A model generated the notes under the pieces. It was not told the DNA's origin, searched no databases, and worked only from the letters and a program-made list of their open reading frames with translations. Position numbers and translations under genes: made by a program. Below are positions 32,800-46,220 of a stretch of DNA of 64,000 nt, piece by piece. The stretch spans positions 16,350,116-16,414,115 of the forward strand of contig OZ316894.1 of NCBI GenBank assembly GCA_973895155.1, read 5' to 3'. The DNA comes from Marsupella aquatica (Eukaryota; Plantae; Marchantiophyta). How positions within the stretch are numbered: position 1 is the first letter of the stretch; each line of letters begins with the position of its first letter.

Positions 32800-35440
32800 T
32801 TCCCAGCAAGCCTTAGACCCCATAGCCAAAGTCTGATGGTTTTGCTTAAATCTAGGGAGATATGACCATCAGACATTAATCAATCCAGGAAAGTGAGACG
32901 AGTAACATTCTCTCCATCACACAAGCTGTCATTTGCAACATTGGAAAAGAAGAAAAACAACCGCCAGAAAACCAGCTGTGGTTTGGTTTGGTTTGCATGA
33001 ACCACAAAAGGTGTCCCACAATTGGATAGCAGTCATTCATTTTGGGTGTTCTTGTGAAGTAACTCTCCGGTTTTACCAAGCATTAGACCGCATTTGCCAG
33101 AATCCAACTATTCTCCTTAAATGTAGGGCAATCTGACCATCATAAATTAAGCAATCTAGAGAAATAAAACAAGGAACACCCTCTCCATTTCCTTCACGCA
33201 AGGTGTTATTGCTACCTTGGTTAGAAGAAACCCCCCCCCCAAAAAAACAAAAACAAAAAAAACCAGTTATATGTTGGTTTTGCATGAACCGCAAGATGTG
33301 TTTCGGCCATTAATTCTACAGTAGAGTCATTTGTTTTTGGTGCTCTTGCAGAGTGACCAGTACTGTTTCTCACCAAGCCTCAAAAGGCAATTTATCCTTA
33401 AATCTAGGGAGATCTGACCATCAAAAATTAATTAATCTAGTAAAAAAAGAGACCATTCTTCCCATCTTCTCCTTCACGCAAGGTGTCATTCACTACCTCA
33501 GCAAAAAAGAAAAAACCACCAGAAAACCACTTGTGGTTTGGTTTGGTTTGGTTTGGTTCGGTTTACGTGAACGACAAGATGTGCCCGTCAATTGCAGAGT
33601 CATTTGTGTTAGATGTTCTTACAAAGTAACCCTTTACCATCTCCCACCAAACCTCGGACCACATTGGCCAGAATCCATGGATGCTTCTTAAATTTAAGCC
33701 AATCTGACCATCAGAAATTAATCAAGCTAGGAAAACAAGACGAGGAACATTCTTTCCATCTTCTCCTTCACACAAAGCGTCATTAGTAGCTACATTGGCT
33801 AAAGAGAAAACCTCATAGAAAACCAATGGTGGTTTAGTTTAGTTTGCATGAACCCCAAGATGTGTCCCGCTAATTACGGACCCCCATGGGAAGTTCATTC
33901 CAAGGTTCCTTCCAAAATTCCTGGATGTATGTGCAGCCACATCAGCATGATTTGTTACAAACAAGAATCGTTAGTTATGTAAGGAAGAACCAAATCTGAC
34001 TACTGTAGTCGTGTTTGAGACAAGGCAAGAAAAATAGTTAGACCTTGTAACTGTAAAAACAAAGGAACTAAAATGTAGCATGTCAAGTAAACAATAGAAA
34101 GGGTAAAATAAAAGTGAACAAACATAATATTTGGATGAGTTATGATTGATATATTAGTGTTTTTTGGTAATCTGTTTCAATTTTCTATTTAATTTACACA
34201 TTTTTGAAATAATAACAAGTAGGAAGAAACTCTTCAAGTACTCTAACATTTACCAAGGTAACATAAGAAACACAAGAAACTTTTCAGTTTCTCTAACATT
34301 TACCAAGTTAACTTAAGAAACACTTTGGCTACAATGGATAGAAGAGTAACAAGCAAAGGTAAGAAATACCATAACTACTATAGGTAGAAGAATACCAAGG
34401 GACTCTAAGACCTTTCAACTACTGTGGACAAAGTAATATAAAGCATGAACTATATATAATGTTACATGTATTGTAAAGACATAGAGATACTAAGGGAAAC
34501 ATTTTGCATGCAAAATTACGTATTACCATGAATGTACTCCTATTTGTCTTCAATGAAATACGACCTAAGTACCAATTCACTTCATTTAGAGAACTCCATT
34601 GAATCTTTGTCCTCTCATCTATCTACTCCAATGTACAACTCTTCACGGCTCAAAATAGTGCAATAAAACAGGCTTACATAATCAAGGGGTCCTCGAACTA
34701 ATTATATAGGAGTCCTTCATTTTTGGTGTTCCTGCAAAGTAACATTTATTGTTTCTCACCAAGCTTCATACTCCATTTGCCAGAATCTGGCCTTAGACTG
34801 CATTTGCCAAAATATGAGGGTTCTCCTTAGATCTATTGTAGGGAGATTGGCCATCACAAATTAATCAAGCTAGGAAAACAAGATGAGGAACATTCCCTCC
34901 ATCTTCTCCTTCACACAAGGTGTCATTTGCTGCCTTAGCAAAAAAGGAAAAACTCAAGAAAACCACCTGGGGTTTGTTTTGGTTTGGTTAGGTTTGGGTG
35001 AATGGCAAGATGCGTCCCCTTATTTGTAGACTCATTTGCTTTTGATGTTCTTATTACAAAGTAACCCTTACCGTCTCCCACCAAGCCTCAGACCACATTA
35101 GCCAGAATCCAACGATTCTCCTTAAATCTAGGCCAACCTGACCATCAGAAATTAATCAAACTAGCGAAACAAGACGAGGTACAATCTCTCCATCTTCTCC
35201 TTCACACAAGGCGTCATTCGCTGCCTTTGCAAAAAAGGAAAAAAACCCCAGAAAACCAGTTCTGGTTTAGTTTAAGCTAGGGGAACATGACGAGGTACTA
35301 TCTCTCCATATTCTCCTTCACACAAGGCGTCATTTGCTACCTTGGCAAAAAAGAGAAAAACCCCAGAAAACCAGCTCTGGTTTAGTTTAGTTTAGTTTAG
35401 TTTGGTTTCCTTTGAGTGAACCGCAACATGTGTCCCGTTA
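32800..35440. repeat. Diverged satellite array, ~270-300-bp unit, about 6.5 copies, interrupted by an insertion at 33878-34692
   Basis: Recurrent blocks CCAAGCCTCAGACC, CCTTAAATCTAGG..CTGACCATCA.AAATTAATCAA, CTCCTTCACACAAGG and AGAAAACCA..(GGTTT)n..GCATGAACC. Units start near 32805, 33075, 33372, 33645, 34760 and 35080, with a partial unit at 35275. Confidence 0.85.
33878..34692. mobile_element. Non-autonomous DNA element with GGACCCC/GGGGTCC termini inserted in the satellite
   Basis: Short TIR GGACCCC...GGGGTCC. The left end matches, in reverse, the dispersed ends TGCTGATGTGG...ATGGGG(G)TCC at ~21982-22038 and ~27445-27502. Confidence 0.55.
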
Positions 35441-35684
35441 ATAATAATAACAGTTTTTTACTAACCTATCCCCTAAACTACCTAATATTATCAACTTGTC
35501 CCCCATTTTGTGTTTGGGTTAATATTAACTTGTATATGAGTTCATGTAGCCAAGTGAGGCCGATGAAGGGGGGCCAAGGGGTGCCGCGATGGGCTCAGGC
35601 TATCCAGTAGCAACTTGCCACATGATAATAGAAACCCGTATACATGTTAATATTAATACAAATATTAAATGGAGTACATATTCA

Positions 35685-35912
35685 TAATTAAGTTTGTTTT
35701 GGGGGCACCTTAACAGTATTGAATAATTTGGGGGACATATTGATAATTAAGTTTGTTTTCGGGGCACCTTAACAATATTGAGTAATTTGGGGGACATATT
35801 GATAATTAAATTTGTTTTGGGGGCACCTTAACAATAATTTGGGGTACATATTGATAATTAAGTTTGTTTTGGGGCACCTTAACAATTAACAATATTGAGT
35901 AATATGGGGGAC
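35685..35912. repeat. Minisatellite, ~50-60-bp unit x 4
   Basis: ATAATTAAGTTTGTTTTGGGGGCACCTTAACAATATTGAGTAATTTGGGGGACATATTG repeated. Confidence 0.88.
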
Positions 35913-36533
35913 AGGTGAATAAAAAACTAATAATAATAATAATTGTACAGCAGAGTCCTTCGTTTATGGCGTAATCGCAAAGTAACCCTTTACCGTCATG
36001 ACGAAGCTCTCTCGAATGTGTGCGCTGCAAGCCAAGGCACGAGAAGCGATCAAGAGAAGTACAGAAACCCTGCCGTTGGTTGGCGCACGCTATAAGAGAT
36101 CCGGATGACCGAAACAGTTCCTCACTCGAGTCCATTCGTTTCATCATCAGTGCGGCAGAGTAGTTGCACTTCGACGGGCCGACGAGGAGAATCGCAGCAA
36201 CGCTTCTCATCAGGAATCAGGAGCTGTAGCCAGCCATATCCACAGCGCGCGGACTTGGAGCGAGCGTATCGGTGGTGTTTTTGCTCCGGGGCCTTCTACA
36301 GATCCTGCGTGCGAAGGCTTTTTGTCAACGAATCGGTTGGAGTGGGCTCACGCTTTTTCAGTGCGCGTCGGTAACAGATTGGAGTCAAACCGCGAGAACT
36401 TTTTGGTGGCGTCTCGTGGTTGTCGTGAGACGTGGGTATTGAGGGCATTTAGGGTTTGGGCTGGTGTGACGGAGAACTTGGGCCCGCCATTCTGTTCTGC
36501 CGACTCTTTTTTGCGTCTCAAATTCTTCGCAGC

Positions 36534-37208
36534 ATGGTGATGACCAGTATTGTGGCTGGATCTGCTGAAGGGGGTGTGGTGCCTCATGCAATCCAGGGTA
36601 GCTCACAGCAGGATGTGTTTTCCAGGGGAGGTGATGCGTATGGACACCACCGTCATTGCCACGAACTCGGGCCTCGGGGTCACCGATCATCTCCCTCGTG
36701 CTTAGGGCGTCGCCTCCATCGTCACCACCATCGCCACCTTCACCATGTGAAGGGTTCAAACAGCCTCGCCCATCGACACAGCCACGGTGACCTTGGCCAC
36801 GGTGGGCGTAAGCACCACCATGGAGGCCCTCACCATGGTCTCAGGGGACGGAATGGTTTTCGAGGGTTGCAGGACGTCGCTTTACGTGAGCAGCACGGGC
36901 CTCACTGCCGCCGGCGCATGCACAGATCTCTCTCTCCTCATCACTTGATGCACAACAGGTCCAGCGACGGCTCTCCGGGGAGCCCACACACGGGACACAG
37001 AGGACACCGAGGGCATTCCGGGAGAGGGCATTGCGCTGGTAAGTTTCACGTCATTTCCTTCCGTGAAAACCATTTGCATCTCCATGGCCAGGAGCATAAT
37101 TCAGGAGCTGAGGTCGAGCACACTTCTCCTCCTCTACCTGCAGCAATTGAGCAAGGGATCGAACAGCTTGGACAATTATCACTGAAGTCTGAATCTGGGT
37201 CGCACTAA
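36534..37208 (+). CDS. Hypothetical His/Gly/Arg-rich low-complexity protein (224 aa)
   Basis: Open frame from ATG 36534 with GC-rich, coding-like composition. About 40 His in 224 aa. TATA-like TATAAG at 36091. No recognisable domain. Confidence 0.55.
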   Translation: MVMTSIVAGSAEGGVVPHAIQGSSQQDVFSRGGDAYGHHRHCHELGPRGHRSSPSCLGRRLHRHHHRHLHHVKGSNSLAHRHSHGDLGHGGRKHHHGGPHHGLRGRNGFRGLQDVALREQHGPHCRRRMHRSLSPHHLMHNRSSDGSPGSPHTGHRGHRGHSGRGHCAGKFHVISFRENHLHLHGQEHNSGAEVEHTSPPLPAAIEQGIEQLGQLSLKSESGSH

Positions 37209-38419
37209 GCCTTGCAAACAGTTGCCCTATGCCCTGTAGGTGACAAGCTTTTCATCAAATCCGGTTTGGTCTTTTGGTACCGAAACCCATACTTTTCCCA
37301 TCGAACCTATCTTCCCGTGAACTGGAAATTAAAACAAGATCCTCTGGACGTTTCGCTGTGTCATTCTATGAGATAATTTATGGTGTCAGCCTGCATCCTT
37401 CACTCAGAACCTAAAGACCGCTACCTTCAGCCCTGTCCCACCTCCTATGTAACGTACGGGGCTATCACCACACAATCGGCGCTAGTCCTGTAATACCACT
37501 GTCGAACCTCGACCTCGCCAGATCTATGAAGGTCTTGCCAGTATCACTGCTTCCGGTTCCTTCGCGTTTCTTGTACATATCACATCGGATGCTCCACAGG
37601 CCTGCCTACCCGCACTTGGAAGCGACCAAGCCTATACGTACCCAAGCAACCTACCTCTCCATCTACTCCTGAGCTCCCCGTTATCAGTGAAACCTACCTG
37701 ATCGAAGTGTACCATAATGAGGTCTATGACTTGAAATGCTTTCTTCAGATCCATTTCCTCCGTTAACAATCATAGTCCCCGAGCTTCGACGAAAACTCAA
37801 GCGCAACAGCTGGTCTCTCTCCGTCTCACACTCCATCTCTTGCGCTGAGTTGGGGAGTGTGAAAACAACAGGAAACGTTTACATTTGTTTTATGCAAGGA
37901 AGTGGCAGAAGAGCCGATGCGCGACGATCTATTGAGGAGATCTGCGCGACGATCTATTGAGGAGTACAAGTCTGTGCCATCGACCCCAAACATGATTGTG
38001 ACGACTCGCTAGAATGACGCCTCGGTCTCGGGCTTGATTGGAGAGATCGTGATCTACTGTTATATCAATGACCATGCTATCGATGTCATGAGAAAAAGCA
38101 ATAAATGAAACATTATACTGTCACAAGCGAGGGGACAAGGAGCGCATAATTCCTCCATCCGGCCATTCGTTTTCAATGTCTGGTGTTTTTTCTGTTATGT
38201 CGAGTAATCAAAATGGATGCAGCTCGACAGCCGATCTGTGCTGAAACGAGAACAGCTTCGAAACGATGTTTTGTTTCATCCACTCGAAGTTGGCAGTAGG
38301 TTGTGCTATAGGTTTCCGGCTGCCCGGTGTACGTTGTACTTATTTCTGCCTAGGCATTTGTGGCAAGATGAGAGGTTTCATTGATTTCACTTGAAACTTT
38401 ACTAAGAGCGTTCCCGGGC

Positions 38420-38565
38420 AACTTGAATTGGCAATTCCCGCGCAAAGAGATTTCAATCTGATCATTCTAACTTGAATGGGCAGTTCAAGCGCAAGAGATT
38501 TTTCAATATGAACATTCTAACTTGAAATGGCTTGGTGCAAGAGATTTCAACACCGGCATTTAACT
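38420..38565. repeat. Diverged ~49-bp tandem repeat x 3
   Basis: AACTTGAA..GGC....GCGCAAGAGATTTCAA....CATTCT repeated. Confidence 0.7.
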
Positions 38566-39557
38566 AAGTTATTACGTGTGCTGATCAATTGTCGAACACA
38601 AATCACTACCATTTCAAGCTTCTCTTACAAACCACAGGACCACTACTGTAGTAACGTCATAGGATCAAAGATCAAGTGTGACACTTGGAATCGTAATTCT
38701 CAAGTACTCCAATGCGTGGAAGTGATCGGGTGGTCTCCAGCCACCTCCACGAAGTTAAACAGAGACCGAATCTGAATCGCTTATCAATCCTGCCTCTAAA
38801 GTAGGGAAGCGAATAGGACTTCGGATTTTTCACGGAGGGTTGACGGCATGCAGAATCTGAAATAGGGAAGGAAACAGAAGTTCCTATTCCACGATATACA
38901 GCTCTTCTACTGTATGAGGTCGAGATGTTCAACTGAAATCGACGAAATGCTTTTCAAATGAACGAGAAATTTATCATTAGCTTAGGTGATCATCAATGAT
39001 GGTGATGAAGATTGGATGAAAGAAATTGAGTCCAGAGAGGCCAGGTCTACACTCTGGAAGCTAGCGTAGTCAAACTTTGAGAACTCGTGTTCGTTTTCTT
39101 GCTCTGGCCAATGACTACGGTGAAGAAGGGAAAATGCCCCAAAGACCTTGGGCGATGCTGACGGCAAACGCGATTGCCGAGTTGGCTACGCGAGGACTTT
39201 GCGATGGACCGTACCCATGGCTTATTTTCTCGACAGCATCTTATTCTACTCACTACGTAAGGTTTCGAAGCATGTTCCAAGTTGTATATCAGAGATATGC
39301 ATGCCGATCGAGAGAATAAGCTTCCATAGTTGACTCATTAGCAACGCCTACAATTGAAAAGATCCTCTCCGACCATCTTTTCAGACAGAACCTTGCCATA
39401 CTTCCACACGGAGAAGCTTTGAATTTATAAAAGTGCGGTGCCAAAGAATTTAAACGATAAACCTTCCCGGCATTATTTCCAAGCTTCAGAAGACTAGACA
39501 AACAAAGTGGATGCAATCATTCTCTCCATTTTAGTGAAACACAAGCCCCCTCCATTA

Positions 39558-42500
39558 TTACGTGTCTTGATTTTCGTTTTGATCAGTACAAAGCTCTAGA
39601 TGATCACTTTGAGCATGTACTTCAGTTACATCTCTACTCTCTGATACGGGCAACGAATCCAGATCCGTGTTCGGGTCAGATACTCGCAGTTTGTCTTCAT
39701 CAGCAATCAAAGCAGGCTTCGAATCTCCCTCACAGAGAGAAAGTCTCTGAAGAAGTTGGACAGCCTCTGTTTTGGTTATGAGAAGACTAACATTGCTTCT
39801 TCCTCTCCAACACCCAACAGCAATAGAAGTAACAAAATCCACCTGTCCATCGTCTTTTCCTGCGATTCAAGATGCACTGTGAGTACAAGATATTTGAAAT
39901 AAGCTATCAACTCAAACTCTCGGATCAAAAACATTACTCTGGCATCAATCTCGATCAGGAAAACATAACCATTTGGGTCTTAGTCATGAAGCAACCTAAT
40001 GACATAATTAAGAGATCTACTGTGATGATTATCTAGTGATTCTGAGTATGTAGTCAATGTTGAGTATGATGTCAATGCTTTGTTGTTCTGAAAGATAAAA
40101 CGCTGTTTCTCATAAAGGAGATTCAAGACGGATATCCGAGAAGACTTACTTTTAGGCAGTATGACTACACAACAACCGGGGAGGACGTCCTGAAGAGAAT
40201 TAGCAAACTCTGGCTCATGAAATGCACTGAAGGGAACGGCTTTTGAACTCAGTAACAACTTAAAATCCTTGTTGGTGGTATACACGATCTGTTTTGTCAT
40301 ATGTGGTAAAAGCACTGGAAGACCCTCTGAGGCGATTCTGAATGCACAAGGTGAAATACCCTCCTTTGGTGCTTGCCTCTCCTGCAGAGCATCCCATTCA
40401 TTCAAAGTTTTAGATAAATTGTTGGAAGGCGAAAATGGGGAAACGAACACAATTCAACAAAGAACAAACTTCAATCTAGCTTCCAAAGTACATCAGTAGA
40501 TCACTATTCGGAGATAACAACCCGACTGGACAGAGGGAAGTTTCATGAATGATCTAGTTTCAAAAAGACCGTCGGCTGTTTTCATTCAAGATCCAACAGA
40601 TGCTTCATAACAATACGGAATGTTTCTAGACATACATAAGATTAAGATGAGAGGAGAGCCTTACAAAGATTTTCAGGCCAGCAGATGTAATCTTCAGTTG
40701 CCCACCAGTTCTGGTATTCAGTTCAACCACATCTCTAACAGATTTGGACACATAATAGATTCGCTTCAGACGGGATATGTCTTCGCTTCTTGTTACGAGA
40801 TGGCCTCGCAAAGAAAAAGAATCTTGGATCCCATAATAGGAGATCAGACTTTGAAAAACTTCCTCATTTTCGAGGAGGAGAACTGGGTCCACTCCTTTCC
40901 ATCGACCTTGCTGTTGCAGTCGTCTACCATCCTCGTTCACTTCTTGCGTCAAATCTTCCAGTTGACCATTAGAGCTCTCCACAAGTTCCCGCTCTACACC
41001 ATCAATCTCCATTTCCGTGGCATCTCCGTTTTGCGGTTTATTGTGCTCTGCCGCCAGTGTTTTTGTGACTTCTACGACATCAACAATACCTGATGTCTTC
41101 TCTAGAACTCCATCACCAAGTTTCAAAGAGTCAGCCTGCTCTACATTCAGCTTCTCTACTACAGCTGGACCGGAAACTTCTTCAGTAGAGATAGAAGTGG
41201 CTTTGTCCTTCTTGATTTGATACTTCGTAGCCTTGTCCTTCCCAGCAGGCTTTTGTTGAACTGTGACATGTGAACGAGTCCCATGAGAAGGACCCCCATC
41301 AGACCATGGTTAGAGAACCAAGAATACAAATCGTACAACAGATCGCTGCTGTAGGAGAAATCAGATCACCAACGTCCTAAGTGCATGGAAGCAAAGGCTA
41401 AGACAGATATTAAGCCCGATCTGTCCACCATGATAGATCAGATCATCTAACAAAATAACAGGTCTAGCGGTTGATAGTGTCAGGGAGTCAGACTATATCT
41501 GAAGTACCTAACTGAATAGATAATGCAAAGCCAGCCTTTTGCTCGATAGAAAGTGCCAAGTTTGGAACAAGTACCTTTAAAAGGAGAGTTTTTCCGGAAA
41601 ACTGCTATAAAGAAGCCTCCGGTGTCCTGGTCATGTGGAAGAATGCGCATGCAACGTTCAAGAGGAAGGTTTGAAACTTCTACTTCGCCAACAACTAGTT
41701 CGTCTTCAACATTCTCCTCTTGAACGTTCTCATCTTGGGCATTCTCTTCTTGTACATTTTCTTCTGATTTGATTTCCGAGACAGAGTCCGCAGACAGATC
41801 CCACCCTTTCCCTGAAGGAAACATGCTTGGTACTACAACACCCGCTCGATGTCGATCTACCTGTGAGTTGGAACACAGCCATTTCCGTTTGTCTCTAACC
41901 TGCGTCGTCGAGAGTGAAGAGCGTCAAAAAGAAACACTAAGGTAAAGGACTAAAGACTCCCTTTACATGGCTACAATAAGGCATAGAAACTTTCTCTACA
42001 TAGTTACAGTGAAGTATAGGGCAAAACACGAATGAGGGTACAACTCAAATCAGAGGGATAGAGAAATCAATCATTGAAGGATCCTCAAGAAAACAAACTC
42101 AGGCCAAAGAGCCCAACAACGTTGAGCTACAGCAAAACCCATTCAATTCCTACCTCAACCACAAATTACAAGGTACTTGGGATCCATTTGTTGGGAAATT
42201 TGCTGACCAGGTTTGATTCGTTTATTTGAAGACATTTCTCAAAATTTCAATAACCTGACTGAAGGAAAACATACCTTCCATGACTTTAGACCGGGTCGAA
42301 ACTTCAGCCCAGGGATCTCCGAGGATACATCAAGAAGTTCAAGACACCCTTCACTTTGCCGAAGGATCTGAAAGACGGAGGTTAAGTAAATCACTGTAGC
42401 TGAGGTGTGATCTCCTGTTAATCAAGCTGATATAGTCATCCCAGAAAGAAGACGATACCCACAGAAAACTCCTCAACTGTCTATCTTCAGATGAGATTTG

Positions 42501-45500
42501 AGCCGAGATAGGTTAGAAACAAACCTCGCCCACGACGGCCTCATCTTCTATAGGATTTAGTGAGCAAGTAGAGTACACCAATCTTCCGCCCACTCTCAGC
42601 AATGCGACCCCTGCACCCAAAACATGATATTTCAGATCACTTTCTAAACCCAACATAGATCTCTGGGCAAACTGAAGTTTTATCCACTATGCAGTAACCC
42701 CTGTGTGTCGACTTGATAATATTGAAAGTTTCCGGTGGCGAAAGCCTTCATGTTGGGAAGCCCGAATTCTACTTGTGAGATTTCTACCCCCTAAGTTTAA
42801 GCTGATCCTTTGGAGTTTAAATCTCGGAAACCGAAGAGAGTGTCAATATCACAGTGAATGGAAAATTGAGATATGATGGTAAAATTATTAGAATGATCGA
42901 TCAAAGGGAAATAACAGAGACCAGAACTGTTAAACCTAGGAAGAAGGATTACCTCTCATGGCGATTTGAATCTGCAGACGGTGGACCCCATTGCCGAGTC
43001 CGGAGTGCCTACAGAGGAGAATGCATAAGGGCACGGAAAATTGAGAACTTGAGTGCGTGAGGTTCAAATTTGGCAGCATGGTCTCTGGATCAGGTGACAA
43101 CTGCGGCTGTAAAACGCTTGATATACCATTCTGGACAAAACCTTCATCCTTTCATTTGTGCTGGGGTAACGAACTCGTGCGACAATCAATAGTCATCATG
43201 TGGAAGGCATTTAAGATTGAATTACCATTTCTTCCAAATGTCAGGAGCCTTTCGTATGGTCCCATCCCCACTGCATGGAACATCACAAAGAATACGGTCA
43301 AACATAACACCGTTTTCATCGTCTGTAATCTCCGTACCATTCCTCTGCGCCTGACTTTTGCCTTGGCTCCCTTTCTCTTTTAATCCTGGAAAATGTTGGC
43401 CTTCATGATTGGTAACCAAAATATTTGGACTACACATCCTTTTAGTTTGATGAATCAACAGATGGCACCGCTGTACATCAAGGTCATTGGCAATCACCTG
43501 CACATAAAAGAGACGGTGCAGAGTTTGTTCAAGTAATGAGGCTCTCATTGTAGCCAAAAAGTAACTCTTTCAGGTCCCAATATAAGTGAGAAAGTACACC
43601 TTGTCATATGACAACTATTATAAAAGCTACACAAAGGAAAATGGTTGAAGGACCTACCATGCCTTGTGGCAAGAGTCCAGGTTTGTCTTCTTTGTGAATC
43701 ATCTCTAAAAGCTGAAACGTTTTGGAGCCAGGTGCTGCACACACTGATTTCACAAGTGGAAGGTTCAGTTTAACAATCACTTGCTCCAAGCGACATCTTC
43801 TCACCATCGGACGTCGAAGGTAGTAATTAGGGTAACAAGCAGATGCAGAACTGACATGATAATCATGAGGCCATGTGGAAGTCCTACCAGCAATTTCAAG
43901 GAATTTTTACTGGCAACCTACCAGTAAAAATATCGACGTACAGATGCCTGTTTCAAAACTAGGAGTCTATACGCTGCAGCGATACAAAGCTAGAAGCTTA
44001 AAAGCAGATTGACTCCAGAAAGTCTGACATAAGAACAATTGGAAGCAACTTTACTTAGAAATGACCAACGATACAAAATCAGAACAAGCCTTTCATGATG
44101 TTCGAAGACCAACCAAAGCATTCAAGTGCCAGTTGGAGGGGACAAGCTTACTGTCAAAAACTCGATGATGAGGTTGCACATTGAGGAGAAGCGGTGGTAT
44201 CTGCACAAACGGGTAACCTTAGTCGACTCTACATTTCTCACAAGGACGCAAGAGTACAAGAAGGCTAAATGATAGAGCACTATTTATGTAAGATATCAGG
44301 TCAGACATTCGCATCCCATATGAGGACACTGACTCTAGAAAACTACATCATCATGAAATTCTCTATAATTTAGAGACAGAAGGTGTTAGTGAAAGGGATA
44401 CCAAAACGAAGAACACGGCCACCGCTGCTCCTTACTCTAAAATAGTAAGAATCAGGGCTGCGTAAATTTGTATAAGATGAATTCAGATGCTAACCATGCT
44501 AACAGCCTCTTGCCTGGTGATGCTCCCAATTTCATTCTCCTGCTTTAAGAACTCATGTATTCTGCTCCCACATAAAGATTCCAAAGGCAGGGAAACGTTT
44601 AAAGAAAGATATTTAATGCAATATCATTATAGAGGCTGCATGTGCATTGTTAGCATCTCTTCGTAGCTGCGGCATGCGACTTGCTGTATAGATCTAGTCA
44701 TGTTGTGAATCAGTAAAGCTCACCACAAAAAATGCAAAAGAGAGAAATGGTCGCTGACCTCTCAAGAAGGGGCATCTTCCGAAGCTGCATGCGCGACGCT
44801 TGCAGAACCCATGCTAGATTGTCAGGATACCACACGAGTGGCTTGATGGGCTCCAACTTCTCACCATCGACCTTTCAAAGAGCGAAATGTGTTTCCGTCT
44901 CAGAAACGAGTTAAGGTCCAACGTAAACTGACCAAACATGTACTTCTCGACAATGGTTAAAGATAGGGATCCTCTCGAGGACGCGAATAACCAAGACAAG
45001 TCATGAGACAGAATCTCTGAAGGTATTTTCATCCATGAGACAGCGTCTCTACGTAACCATATGAAGAAGAGAGCAGAGTAGGATGGCTGCTGACCCGAGT
45101 CACAGTATTAAAACCAAATATGAAATTCGAAGCGGGTAAATACCTCAATACCATCTTTGAAAAAATCAAGGAAATCATGTTGCATTTGATCCCTTATATT
45201 TTGAGCAAACTGTCCACTGCAGGCAATTTGAAAGAACTCTTTGTGAACTTCCCAGTATATGTCAGTCTACTCAGATAGCCAGTAATCAGCTGCTATGAAG
45301 AACGACGTCTACAGAAGGAAGGACAAAAGCGCTGCATCTAGGAGTGTGAATCACAATCCATCAGACACTCCATTCAAGCATAGCTGTACTCACCTTCCAT
45401 TGATTCGAAAACTTGATGGCAGTGGCTTTCGAAGCGTTTCTATGAAAGTGCTCCATTCTTCAGGCGGAAGAATTTCCTGCTTCTGCTCGAACAGAGACAC

Positions 45501-46189
45501 GGCAAAATTAGCTACCAGACAGGACATTCTACCCGGAGTTAGATGCTTGCCCAGCCAGTCGACGGAAGAATATCATTTTTATACAACGGATGCCTTCACA
45601 TCCCGACCTTACAGCGCCAGGTTCGGACCACATTGCATTCCAGAAAATCTCAACGAGGCAGCTATTTCAGTATGTCTGAGGCAAAATGATACCAAAACAC
45701 ATGCCGTAGCAAAATTCACTGAATTTTGGTGCAAGAGGACAGAACGTGAGCAGCGCAAGACAAACTTAGGTTGAGGGAGAGACAGAGAGAGAAAGGTGGA
45801 GCTGGAACTCATTATGGTCGCATTACGCAGTGCCGTTCTGACCTGAGTAGTAGCAATAACACGAGCAGCTGGTTCTAAGACTTCACACCTACCAAAAAAC
45901 TTAGCTGTCAAGCTCTACTGTTGGAGTTCACAAAGTCGGTATAACTAGCCTCAATTCCGCAGAGAGGGAGAAAGAGAGATACTCTGTAATAAGTCTCGAA
46001 GGCAGAGCTGTCCAAGACGAAGGTCTCCCATCCAGGTCGGTCGGAAACTGCAGCGCCATCCGGAGGCGGACCTTCTCCTTCAGGACGGGGCTTCTTCCAC
46101 ACATTGGGCCGGCCATCTTTGAAATCTCTTCTCTGAGTGCGCCCTCTCTTGTTGCCTCCCCGATAGCCTCCTCGCCCTCGCCCTCCCAT
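39558..46189 (-). CDS. TRM4: tRNA/RNA cytosine-C5 methyltransferase TRM4/NSUN2, 15 exons
   Basis: GT-AG exons (minus strand): 46189-45983, 45482-45394, 45216-45144, 44871-44759, 44561-44495, 44200-44152, 43743-43658, 43497-43226, 43008-42953, 42610-42525, 42367-42275, 41899-41575, 41260-40665, 40381-40150, 39859-39558. Motifs RQEAVSMIPP, DMCAAPGSKTFQL, FDRILCDVPCSGDGT, LVYSTCSLNPIEDEAVV and RILPHDQDTGGFFIA. Confidence 0.95.
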
Positions 46190-46190
46190 A

Positions 46191-46220
46191 TCTTCTTCTT
46201 CTTCTTCTTCTTCTTCTTCT
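46191..46220. repeat. (GAA)n/(TTC)n microsatellite next to the TRM4 start codon
   Basis: About 10 TCT units directly 5' of the ATG on the minus strand. Confidence 0.9.

Noticed and set aside
38527-39516. Cluster of 60-86-aa ORFs
   Set aside because: They fall in the probable TRM4 3' UTR or terminator region, with lengths expected by chance.
40620-41220. + strand ORFs of 60-157 aa
   Set aside because: Antisense to TRM4 exon 13.
45295-45911. ORFs of 100-159 aa
   Set aside because: They lie within or antisense to TRM4 intron 1 and exon 2; no motifs.
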